DNA from: Rhodothermales bacterium
GTDB taxonomy: Bacteria > Bacteroidota > Rhodothermia > Rhodothermales > UBA10348
Length of the DNA stretch: 64,000 nt
NCBI GenBank assembly: GCA_024711125.1
Contig: JANJTM010000077.1
Span: 3,836 to 67,835, forward strand
Reading direction: 5' to 3'
Positions 54,933-63,734 of this stretch are shown piece after piece. The number at the start of each line of letters is the position of its first letter. Position 1 is the stretch's first letter. Position numbers and translations under genes: made by a program. The notes below the pieces were generated by a model, which ran no database searches, was not told the origin of the DNA, and saw only the letters and a list, made by a program, of their open reading frames with translations.

Positions 54933-55199
54933 ATGGACCCGGCTACTTCCGACCCGGAATCGATCTTCCTGGCCGAACTGCGCGGCCGGTTGGGCCGGCT
55001 GTACCACGACCTGAACAATCCGCTCGCCATCGCGTCGGGTAACCTGCAGCTCATCGAGGAACTCCTGGCGATGGGAGAGACCGACGGCGTTCGCGACGCC
55101 GTGGCCGATGCCCGGACGGCGCTGGCCCGGTTCGGTACGCTGCTCGAGGAGTTCCAGGCGCTGCGCGAGGCGATCGACCGGCACCGAACCAAGGGCTGA
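54933..55199 (+). CDS. stand-alone DHp (HisKA-like) helical-hairpin protein with an H-box
   Basis: 88 aa. H-box LYHDLNNPLAIASGNLQLIEELL, then a second helix DAVADARTALARFGTLLEEFQALREAI. No ATPase domain. Lies 51 nt after the sensor gene and 61 nt before porU. Confidence 0.6.
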   Translation: MDPATSDPESIFLAELRGRLGRLYHDLNNPLAIASGNLQLIEELLAMGETDGVRDAVADARTALARFGTLLEEFQALREAIDRHRTKG

Positions 55200-55260
55200 G
55201 CCCGGCAGGGCAGGTCTCCGTCGCCGCGGAACCCGTCCCGTTTCGCCCGGTTAGGCCGGC

Positions 55261-58200
55261 GTGACCCCTGTTGCCCGCATGCTGGACGGCCGCCGATTCA
55301 TCGCCTGGACCCTGAGCTTCCTCGCCTGGTGCGGGGTATCGACGGCCGGTGCCCAGGTGGTCCGGACCGAAACCGAGCGGGTCGACGGCGGCACGCGGAT
55401 CCTCTTCACGATCGACTGGCGCCTCGATCTCGCGAGCGCGGTCGATTCGGCCCGCGTTTCCGCTCTTCGGCCGGCGGACCTGGAGGCGATCGGCGGCGGC
55501 CTGGTCCACGCCGAAACCGTGCTGGAACTGTCGTCCTCGACGACACCCGGCGTCTCGCTGCTGCGCGCCGACGAGGAATTCGTGGCCCTTCCGCTCGGGG
55601 AGGGCGTCGGCATGGCCGACCTCGGCACGTCCCTGCCGTCGGTGCAGGGCGTCGGCATCGCGGCCCGGCGCCGCGTCGGAAGCGTGGTGGCACCCGTCTT
55701 CCGGTACGACGAGGCGACCGGCAGGCTCGCACGGCGACGCGCCGTCGAAGTGTTCGTGGCCGACGCCGCGTCGAAGGGACTGCTGGCGCCGTCTCTCGAC
55801 AACCCGCATCTCGCCGTGTCGCGGAGCGAGCTGGCAGACGGAACCATCCTGCGCATTCCGATTCCGGCCGAAGGGGTGTACCGTGTCGACCGGGCGTTCC
55901 TCACGGCGGCGGGGCTCAACCCGGATACGATCGACCCCGACCGCATCCGTGTCCTCTCGAACGGGGGAAGGCCGCTTCCGGCCCTGAACCGCGCCGAGCG
56001 GTTCGCCGATCTCGTCGAGAACGCGGCCTTCTCGCGCGGAGGAGGAGACGGCCGGTTCGACACGGGAGACGCGCTCTACTTCTGGGCAGCCGGGCCGTCC
56101 GGCTGGACGTGGACGGCGACCGGCTGGGAGCACGTCGTACACCCGTTTTCGCGCGAGAACGCGGTGTTCCTGAAGATCGCCGACGCGCCGGGAGTACGCG
56201 TGGCGTCGCCGGCGGCACCCGGCGCGCCGATCGAGCCGGTGCTGTCGAACGTCGTCGGGCGCTGGTTCGTGGACTTCGAGGAGCGGGTCTGGAGCAAGGA
56301 GCACGGCTCCGGCCAGGACTGGATGTCGAACACCATCCGCTCCGGTTCCCGCCGCGACCTCGTGCAGAACGTCACGCCGCCGGGATTCACGGGCGGAACC
56401 GTGCAGTGGTCGTCCCGGATCGCCATCGCGTCGAACCCCCGGGCGACCGTCGCATTCGAGTCGGGCTCGCAGGTGCTGGCCCAGCAGCCCGCGCCGACGG
56501 TCACGAGCCGCTCGGCCGAGGCTCCCTCGGCGTCGCCGGCCATCACGAATTTCCAGCAGACGGTGGGCGCCGGAGCGTCGCTCTCGCTCACGATGCGCCT
56601 GCTGGAGCAGATCAACGAGCCCGAGGCCGCCGCCGACTGGGTTCGCGCCTTCTACGACCAGCGGCTGGTCGCGACCGCGGGCATGCTCCGTTTCGCGACG
56701 CCGTCGGCTTCGGTCGGCACGATGGATTTCCGCGTGACGGGGTTCACGGCGGCGCCGCAGGCGTGGGACGTGACACGCCCCGACGCGATCACGGCCCTCG
56801 GCGTGGTCGCCGACGGCGACGGGTGGCGCGTGCGCGTCTCCCGGATCGCGGGACAGCCGCCGCGGGAGATCGTCGTATTCTCCGAGACCGGGGTCACGGC
56901 CGCGCCGACGCAGGGCGTCAGCCGGGTTCCGAACCAGGACATCCACGGGACGGCGGGTCACCCGGACCTCGTGATCGTCGCACCGGCCGAATTCCTCGAG
57001 CCGGCCGGCGAACTGGCCGAGCGCCGCCGGGCCGAAGGGCTCTCGGTGCTCCTGGCGACCACCACCCAGGTCTACAACGAGTTTTCGGGGGGCGTGCCCG
57101 ACATGCGCGCCGTGCGCGACCTGGTCAAGTTCTTCTACGACGGGGCGCCCGACGAGGCGTCGCTTCCGCGCTACCTGCTGCTGTTCGGCGACGGGCACTA
57201 CGACTTCCGCGGGCTCGCGACCGGCGAGGGCGACCTCCGGAACTGGGTATTTCCGTACGAAACCGAGGAGTCGCTCCTCACCGACGCCGCCTTCACGAGC
57301 GACGACTATTTCGGTCTGCTCGACGACGAGGAAGGCGAGTGGATCTACACGACGTTCGGCGCCATATCCACCGAGCGCATGGACATCGGGGTCGGTCGCC
57401 TTCCCGTGCAGACCGTGTCGGAGGCGGCCATGGTGGTGGACAAGATCCGGCGCTACGAGACCAGCGAGGAGTTCGGGTCGTGGAGGTCGCTGTACACGGC
57501 GTTGGCCGACGACGGACCGACCGGTCTGGCCGGCCAGCAGAACGACGCCGACCTGCACCTGCAGAACGTCGACCAGGTGGTCGAGCTGGTGCGCCAGGGG
57601 CTGTACCCGGATATCAACATCCGCAAGATCTATGCGGAATCGTACGACCGGGTCTTCCTGAACGGGTTCAAGATCCCCGACGCGCGGCGCGACGTGCTCG
57701 CGGCGCTCAACTCGGGCACCCTGCTCTTCAACTACAGCGGGCACGGCGGCCCCGAGGGGCTCGCGCAGGAGGAGATCTTCACCAAGCAGGACGCGTGGGC
57801 GCTCACGAACCACGACCGGCTCGCCGTTTTCGTGACCGCCACGTGTTCGTTCGGGTGGTGGGACCTCAACGAGGACCAGAGCGGCGCCGAGGCGCTGCTG
57901 CTGAATCCGAACGGCGGGGCGGTCGCGCTGATGACCACCGTGCGGCTGGTCTACACGTCCGGTTCGATCAACTCGCTGAACGCGGGGCTGAACCGCGCGC
58001 TGAACATCGAACTGTTCACGCGGGACGCCGACGGTCTCCCGCGTCGCCTCGGGGACGTGATGCGCCTTACGAAGAACACGACGGTAGGCCTGCAGGGCAA
58101 CTCCCGAAAGTTCAACCTGCTGGGGGACCCGTCGATGCGCATCGGGCTTCCGCCCGGACGGGTGCGGGTGGAATCGTTGAACGGCGTCGCGCTCGAGGAC

Positions 58201-59259
58201 GGTGCCGGACGCATGCGCGCGCTCGATCTCGTCACGATCGACGGCCGCGTGGAAACGCCGGCCGGACAACCCGACCCCACGTTCGACGGCACCGTCAGCG
58301 TGACGGTGTACGACGCCGAACGTCGGGTACCCCTCGAGCGGCAGCTTCACATGCCCACGCCGTACTACACCGTGCGGGAGGACCTGGTCTGGCGGGGTGA
58401 CGTCCGGGCGACGGACGGCCGGTTCCGTGCCCGGTTCGTCGTTCCGAAGGACATTTCGTACTCGAACGCGGCGGGGCGCATTTCTGCCTACGCCGCGACC
58501 GGCGACCGGCACGCGCTCGGTCACAACGAGGAGTTCCTCGTGGGCGGCACGTCGAGCACTCCGCCGAACGACCTCACCGGACCCGAGGTCCGGCTGTTCG
58601 TCGGGGATACGACGTTCGTCGCGGGCGAGACCGTACCGGCGTCGTCCGAGGTGATCGTGCGGCTGTTCGACGAGAGCGGGATCAACACGGTGGGCGCGGG
58701 CGTGGGTCACGAGATGCTGCTCGTCGTCGACGCAGACGAGGCGGGCGCCGTCGACATCTCTAGCGCCTTTCGCAGCGCGCCGGATTCGTACCAGCGCGGA
58801 GAGGTCCGATGGCCGCTGCCCGACCTCGAACCCGGTCCGCATCGCCTGTCGGTGCGCGCGTGGGACGTGCTGAACAACAGCGCGACGGCCGAAATCGACT
58901 TTGTCGTGGCCGACGATGGGGTACTCGAGCTGAGCAATGTGTATAACTATCCCAACCCCATGCATCGCGAGACGCGGTTCGTGTTCGACCACAACCAGCC
59001 TCCGGGCACCCCGGCGACGGTCGACATACGGATCTTCACGCTCTCGGGGCGCCCGGTGAAACGGATTCCGACCGAAGAAGCCCTTCCGGGCGGAATTCTC
59101 ACATCGGGACCGGTACAGGTTTTGTGGAACGGACTGGACGATGATGAAGATCGTCTGGCTACCGGGATCTACCTGTACCGTGTGCGCGTGGAAGCGGAAC
59201 GTACGGATGGGTCCCGGCAACGGGCAGAGACGATCGAACGACTGGCAGTCATACGATAA
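55261..59259 (+). CDS. porU: type IX secretion system sortase PorU (C25 gingipain-family peptidase)
   Basis: 1332 aa with a signal peptide (alternative ATG at 55279). C25 catalytic region FNYSGHGGPEGL (His) and FVTATCSFGWWD (Cys). Own CTD YNYPNPMHRETRFVF...GIYLYRVRV. Directly followed by porV. Confidence 0.88.
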   Translation: MTPVARMLDGRRFIAWTLSFLAWCGVSTAGAQVVRTETERVDGGTRILFTIDWRLDLASAVDSARVSALRPADLEAIGGGLVHAETVLELSSSTTPGVSLLRADEEFVALPLGEGVGMADLGTSLPSVQGVGIAARRRVGSVVAPVFRYDEATGRLARRRAVEVFVADAASKGLLAPSLDNPHLAVSRSELADGTILRIPIPAEGVYRVDRAFLTAAGLNPDTIDPDRIRVLSNGGRPLPALNRAERFADLVENAAFSRGGGDGRFDTGDALYFWAAGPSGWTWTATGWEHVVHPFSRENAVFLKIADAPGVRVASPAAPGAPIEPVLSNVVGRWFVDFEERVWSKEHGSGQDWMSNTIRSGSRRDLVQNVTPPGFTGGTVQWSSRIAIASNPRATVAFESGSQVLAQQPAPTVTSRSAEAPSASPAITNFQQTVGAGASLSLTMRLLEQINEPEAAADWVRAFYDQRLVATAGMLRFATPSASVGTMDFRVTGFTAAPQAWDVTRPDAITALGVVADGDGWRVRVSRIAGQPPREIVVFSETGVTAAPTQGVSRVPNQDIHGTAGHPDLVIVAPAEFLEPAGELAERRRAEGLSVLLATTTQVYNEFSGGVPDMRAVRDLVKFFYDGAPDEASLPRYLLLFGDGHYDFRGLATGEGDLRNWVFPYETEESLLTDAAFTSDDYFGLLDDEEGEWIYTTFGAISTERMDIGVGRLPVQTVSEAAMVVDKIRRYETSEEFGSWRSLYTALADDGPTGLAGQQNDADLHLQNVDQVVELVRQGLYPDINIRKIYAESYDRVFLNGFKIPDARRDVLAALNSGTLLFNYSGHGGPEGLAQEEIFTKQDAWALTNHDRLAVFVTATCSFGWWDLNEDQSGAEALLLNPNGGAVALMTTVRLVYTSGSINSLNAGLNRALNIELFTRDADGLPRRLGDVMRLTKNTTVGLQGNSRKFNLLGDPSMRIGLPPGRVRVESLNGVALEDGAGRMRALDLVTIDGRVETPAGQPDPTFDGTVSVTVYDAERRVPLERQLHMPTPYYTVREDLVWRGDVRATDGRFRARFVVPKDISYSNAAGRISAYAATGDRHALGHNEEFLVGGTSSTPPNDLTGPEVRLFVGDTTFVAGETVPASSEVIVRLFDESGINTVGAGVGHEMLLVVDADEAGAVDISSAFRSAPDSYQRGEVRWPLPDLEPGPHRLSVRAWDVLNNSATAEIDFVVADDGVLELSNVYNYPNPMHRETRFVFDHNQPPGTPATVDIRIFTLSGRPVKRIPTEEALPGGILTSGPVQVLWNGLDDDEDRLATGIYLYRVRVEAERTDGSRQRAETIERLAVIR

Positions 59260-59346
59260 CGGCGAGCTTATCGAGCACGGATACGACCCACGCGGCGCCC
59301 AGGGCGCCGACGCCAAGGCTGTACCAACCAGGTTGATTCGACCGAC

Positions 59347-60522
59347 ATGACGACCCATCGCCCCTTCGGGGCATCCGCTCGCCGCGCTTCGGCGCTGGCC
59401 TTCGTGGCCGTTGCCTTCTTCGCCACGGCCTTCTCCGCCCGAGCCCAGGTGGGCTCCTCCGCGGTGGTCTTCCTCAAGATCGAGCCCGACTCGCGCACGG
59501 CGGGCATGGGCAACGCGGGCGTGGCGCTCGCCGACAATGCCGCCGCGCTGTTCTGGAACCCGGCCGGCCTGGCGTTCCAGAAGGGCACCGAGGCCTCGAT
59601 CACGCACGCGAACTGGCTTCCGCAGCTTTCGAGCGACCTCTTCTACGAGTACCTGACGGCCAAGCACCACGTGCCGGGCTGGGGTACGTTCGGCGGGCAC
59701 CTGACCTATCTCTTCCTCGGGGAGCACGAGGGGCGGGACGCCCAGAACAACCCCACGGGCACGTTCAAGTCGTATGACCTCGCCGTCGGGCTGTCCTACG
59801 GCGCCAAGGTGGGCCGGAACTTCGGCCTCGGCACGAGCCTGCGCTTCATCTACTCGAACCTCGCCCCGGGCCAGGTGGTCGGCGCGCAGGAGACCAAGGC
59901 GGGCGTGTCCACGGCCTTCGACGTGGCCGGCCTGTACCGCGTGCCCGAGTTCAACCTGGGTTCGATCGGAACCAACGTCTCGTTCGGGTTCAACCTGGCC
60001 AACATGGGCCCGAAGATCCAGTACAGCGATTCGCAACAGGCCGACCCGATTCCGACCAACCTGCGTGTCGGCTATGCGGTCCAGCTGGACTTCGACGACT
60101 ACAACTCGCTGACCCTCGTCACGGACTTCAACAAGGACCTGATCCACGAGACCCAGGTGGACTCGCTGACCCGCAAGACCGACGAGTGGTACCAGGCCAT
60201 CTTTTCGTCCTGGAAGCCGGTCCGCGTACAGACCAACGCCCTGAACGAGGAAGAAGCCCAGTACGAGACGCTCTCGGTCTTCGATCAGTTCACGATCGGC
60301 GCAGGGTTCGAGTACTGGTACGGTTCGCCGCGGCTCTTCGCCGTGCGCAGCGGGTATTTCTACGAGCACCCGTACAACGGTAACCGGAAGTTCCTCACGC
60401 TCGGGGCCGGCGTGCGGTACAACATCATCGGCGTGGACTTCTCGTACATCTACGCCCTGCAGGAAGAGTCGCCGCTCGCCAATACGATGCGGTTCTCGCT
60501 GCTGTTGAATTTCGACCGGTAG
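59347..60522 (+). CDS. porV: type IX secretion system outer-membrane shuttle protein PorV (LptO)
   Basis: 391 aa. Signal peptide, FLKIEPDSRTAGMGNAGVALADNAAALFWNPAGLAF, and a beta-barrel pattern to the C-terminal LLLNFDR. Canonical porU-porV order. Confidence 0.88.
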   Translation: MTTHRPFGASARRASALAFVAVAFFATAFSARAQVGSSAVVFLKIEPDSRTAGMGNAGVALADNAAALFWNPAGLAFQKGTEASITHANWLPQLSSDLFYEYLTAKHHVPGWGTFGGHLTYLFLGEHEGRDAQNNPTGTFKSYDLAVGLSYGAKVGRNFGLGTSLRFIYSNLAPGQVVGAQETKAGVSTAFDVAGLYRVPEFNLGSIGTNVSFGFNLANMGPKIQYSDSQQADPIPTNLRVGYAVQLDFDDYNSLTLVTDFNKDLIHETQVDSLTRKTDEWYQAIFSSWKPVRVQTNALNEEEAQYETLSVFDQFTIGAGFEYWYGSPRLFAVRSGYFYEHPYNGNRKFLTLGAGVRYNIIGVDFSYIYALQEESPLANTMRFSLLLNFDR

Positions 60523-60533
60523 GCCATTCCGCC

Positions 60534-63500
60534 GTGCCTGTTTCCACGCTCCGTCGGCTCGGCCTCGCCCTGACGACCGCGTGCGTCCTTTCGTCGCTCC
60601 TTGTCGCGTCACCGGTATCGGCGCGGCAGGACGCACCTGGCGCGGGCGTTCGGAAGATCCTCGCGGCAGACCTGCCGGCCATGCGGCAGGCCGCGTTTGC
60701 CGACAGGGGCGGCCCGGCGACTCCCTCGGGTTCCGGCACGGCGGCACCCGCTCTCGGGCGGTTCGACGTCGTGGCGCTTCGTGTCGAGTTCCAGCCCGAC
60801 ACGACGCGCTTCACGACGGGTGACGGGACGTTTGCCGGATCGCTCTTCGGAGAGGGCCTCGAACCCAAGGTCGATCCGCTTCCGCACGACGCGGAGTATT
60901 TCTCGGCGCACCTGCAGTTCCTCGAGCACTACGTGTCGACGGTCTCGGACGGTCGGGCCGAGGTGCGTACGTGGCTGCTACCCGAGGTCGTGCGCGTGTC
61001 GGGCCGCATGGGTGATTATGCACCCACCGGGTTCGACGCCGACTCGGACGCCGAACTGTCGAAGCTCGCGGCGCTGGCGCGCGAGGCGTGGTCGCTGGCC
61101 GACGGCTCGTCGCTGGCCGGCCGCGGACTCGTGCCGGGGCGCACCGCGTTCGTGCTCTTCCACGCGGGTGTCGGCCGGGACCTGGAACTGACCGGGACGA
61201 GCCTCGACAAGACGCCCGAGGACCTGCCGTCGCTCTATCTCTCGGGCGAGGCGCTCGACCGCCTCGCGCCCGGAACCGCGCCGGTGGTCGGAGGGGTGCC
61301 GGTCGCGAACACGCTCGTGATCCCGCGCACGGAGACCCGCCGCGGATTCAACTTCATCACCGACGAGAACTTCCTGGCCGAGTTCTCGATCAACGGGATG
61401 CTCGCGGCGAGCTTCCTGAACTTCCTGGGCGTGCCCGACCTCTTCGACACGGAGACCGGGCAGAGCGCCGTCGGCCCGTTCGACGTGATGGACGGGCTGG
61501 GCATCTTCGCGATGCAGGGACTGTTTCCGCCCGAACCGTCGGCCTGGACACGCGCCTGGCTCGGGTGGGCCGACGTGCGCACGGCGACGCTTGCCGAAGC
61601 CGGTACCTCGTACTCAATTCCGCACGCGGGCTCGGCCGACCCGGCGAGCGTACTCAAGGTGCCCATTTCTGCGGCAGAGTATTTCCTGGTCGAGAACCGC
61701 TACCGATCGACCTCGGGGGTCACGCTCCGGGTGCTCAAGGACGGCGTGGAACGCGAGGTGTCCATTCCGAACGATTCGGAGACGTTCAATCCGTACACCA
61801 TCGAAGGCTTCGACGGCGGCGTGGTCGTCGCAGCCGACCCGTACGATTTCGCGTTGCCGGGAGGCGTCGACGAGAACGACACCCCGCTGGTGGGTGGCGC
61901 ACTCGTCTGGCACGTGGACGAGCGGCGGCTGGCCGAGACCCTCGCCGACAACCGCGTGAACGCCGACAAGGAACGCCGGGCGATCGATCTCGAGGAGGCC
62001 GACGGCGCGCAGGACATCGGCTACCCGTCCGGCGGGTTCTTCGGGCCGTCGTACGACGCGGGCTCGCCGTTCGATTTCTGGTACGAGGGCAACCCGGTGA
62101 GCGTGCGTACGGCGTCGGGGCAGGAATTGCGGCTGTACGAGAACCGGTTCGGGGCGGATACCTTTCCGGCGTCCCGTGCGAATGACGGGGGGGCCTCGTT
62201 CGTGGAGATTCGGGATTTTTCCGGTCCGGGAGAAGCGGTCACCGTCACGGTGACCGCCGTGGAGCAAGGGGAACTGAAGTCGCGGGGCCTCCTGTTCGTC
62301 TTGCCGAAAGAGGATCTGCGAGCGCGCCTCGTGGGCGGAAGCATCCAGCTGTGGGATCGTGGATTCAGTCTGTTCGTGACCCCGCTCGCGGGCTGTTCGA
62401 CGCTCATTTATGGCTTCGCCAACGGGTGGGGGGCCGATAGTTGTCTGCTGGCCGCCGAGCCGGCAACCGACGGTCAGGGTCGCATGTTTGCCTTGGAGTT
62501 CGGCACCCTCCGCGTTCACCGGCGCGACAACAGTCAGACCCTCGTCAACCTGCCTCGGCCGGAAGTGCAGCGCGCCACGACGCCGCTGGTGCTTGAAGGG
62601 GATGGAAAGACGGTCGTCGTGGGAGTGTTCGGTCTTCAGGGTCCGAAACTGCTGCGTTGGAATGGAACTTCGGTTTCGCTGTCCAGCGAAGCCGAGCCCG
62701 TGGCCTCCTTGGCCGTCGACCAGGCCGGGCGCCTGATCGTCATCGGGAATACGACTGCCCGCGTCGATGGCACGGAGACCGTGTGGTCGTATCCCGAAAT
62801 CGATGCGTTTTCGCTTCCCAGGCCGCAGTTCGGTCACGACACGGCCGGATACTTCGGCGCCGTCGCGTCGCCTGGAGCGCTGCGGTTGCTGCAGCCCGAC
62901 GGCTCCGTAACCGTCTTGGGCACCGACCTACCCCAATCCCAGGGCGCGGCCGCAGCCTCCGGGTCCGGGGGCCTCACTTTCGATGGATTGAGCCCGGCGA
63001 CAGCCGTCGGAGATCTCGACGGCGACGGACTGCTTGAGGCCGTGGTGGCCGACAGGAACCGATTGTGGGCATTTCACCGTACCGGTGCGATCGTGAGCGG
63101 CTTCCCGATACGCCTCAATGCAGGCATCGGCTCCGGGGGGCCGCTGGTGACGCGTCGTACGGATTCCGGGCGACCGGTCATCCTGCTCGGCCAATCGGAC
63201 GGCACGATGGATGCGTTCGACTTGGGAGAAGGCACAAGACGCATGGAAGGGTTTCCCCTCAGTGTCGGTCAGGGCGATGTCATGACGCCTATCCTGGTAG
63301 GCGATCGTCTGGCGGCCGTCGATGCTGCCGGTGCCCTCCGGGAATGGCGATGGGGCGCTCCCGTCGAATCGGCCATGGGACTCGTCTCGCCGGGCAACTC
63401 GTCCTTCGTCGTCGTGGATTCCGTGCAGCCCCCGGAAGGCGTTTCGTTTCTCCTCGACCCCTCCGAGACCTACAACTGGCCCAACCCCGTCCAGGACGGC

Positions 63501-63734
63501 CGCACGTGGATCCGGTTGGAGGTCACGGAGCCGTCGGACGTGACGGTCACGATCGTGGACCTCGCCGGCCGGCGGGTCGCCGAGCTCGAACACCAGGGCG
63601 CACCTGCGGGCGTCCCGGTCGAAATCCCGTGGCAGGCCGACGTCGAGAGCGGCGTCTACGTGGCCCGCGTCCACGCCCATGCCGTGAGCGGACGCACCGA
63701 GGACCGCCTGGTCAAGATCGCGGTGATCCGATGA
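60534..63734 (+). CDS. large T9SS-CTD protein: M6 (InhA)-like metalloprotease-fold domain lacking HExxH, plus FG-GAP/propeller-like repeats
   Basis: 1066 aa with a GTG start and signal peptide. M6-like FVLFHAGVGRD and AASFLNFLGVPDLFD...PFDVMDG...PSAWTRAWLGW. FG-GAP-like GDLDGDGLLEAVVAD. CTD YNWPNPVQDGRTWIRL...GVYVARVHA...KIAVIR. Confidence 0.7.
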   Translation: MPVSTLRRLGLALTTACVLSSLLVASPVSARQDAPGAGVRKILAADLPAMRQAAFADRGGPATPSGSGTAAPALGRFDVVALRVEFQPDTTRFTTGDGTFAGSLFGEGLEPKVDPLPHDAEYFSAHLQFLEHYVSTVSDGRAEVRTWLLPEVVRVSGRMGDYAPTGFDADSDAELSKLAALAREAWSLADGSSLAGRGLVPGRTAFVLFHAGVGRDLELTGTSLDKTPEDLPSLYLSGEALDRLAPGTAPVVGGVPVANTLVIPRTETRRGFNFITDENFLAEFSINGMLAASFLNFLGVPDLFDTETGQSAVGPFDVMDGLGIFAMQGLFPPEPSAWTRAWLGWADVRTATLAEAGTSYSIPHAGSADPASVLKVPISAAEYFLVENRYRSTSGVTLRVLKDGVEREVSIPNDSETFNPYTIEGFDGGVVVAADPYDFALPGGVDENDTPLVGGALVWHVDERRLAETLADNRVNADKERRAIDLEEADGAQDIGYPSGGFFGPSYDAGSPFDFWYEGNPVSVRTASGQELRLYENRFGADTFPASRANDGGASFVEIRDFSGPGEAVTVTVTAVEQGELKSRGLLFVLPKEDLRARLVGGSIQLWDRGFSLFVTPLAGCSTLIYGFANGWGADSCLLAAEPATDGQGRMFALEFGTLRVHRRDNSQTLVNLPRPEVQRATTPLVLEGDGKTVVVGVFGLQGPKLLRWNGTSVSLSSEAEPVASLAVDQAGRLIVIGNTTARVDGTETVWSYPEIDAFSLPRPQFGHDTAGYFGAVASPGALRLLQPDGSVTVLGTDLPQSQGAAAASGSGGLTFDGLSPATAVGDLDGDGLLEAVVADRNRLWAFHRTGAIVSGFPIRLNAGIGSGGPLVTRRTDSGRPVILLGQSDGTMDAFDLGEGTRRMEGFPLSVGQGDVMTPILVGDRLAAVDAAGALREWRWGAPVESAMGLVSPGNSSFVVVDSVQPPEGVSFLLDPSETYNWPNPVQDGRTWIRLEVTEPSDVTVTIVDLAGRRVAELEHQGAPAGVPVEIPWQADVESGVYVARVHAHAVSGRTEDRLVKIAVIR

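Noticed and set aside
55051-60747. 1898-aa ORF on the minus strand, the longest in the track
   Set aside because: It lies entirely antisense to porU and porV, which have clear catalytic motifs, signal peptides and CTDs. Its translation is Arg/Gly/Pro/Ala-rich low-complexity sequence typical of antisense frames in high-GC DNA.
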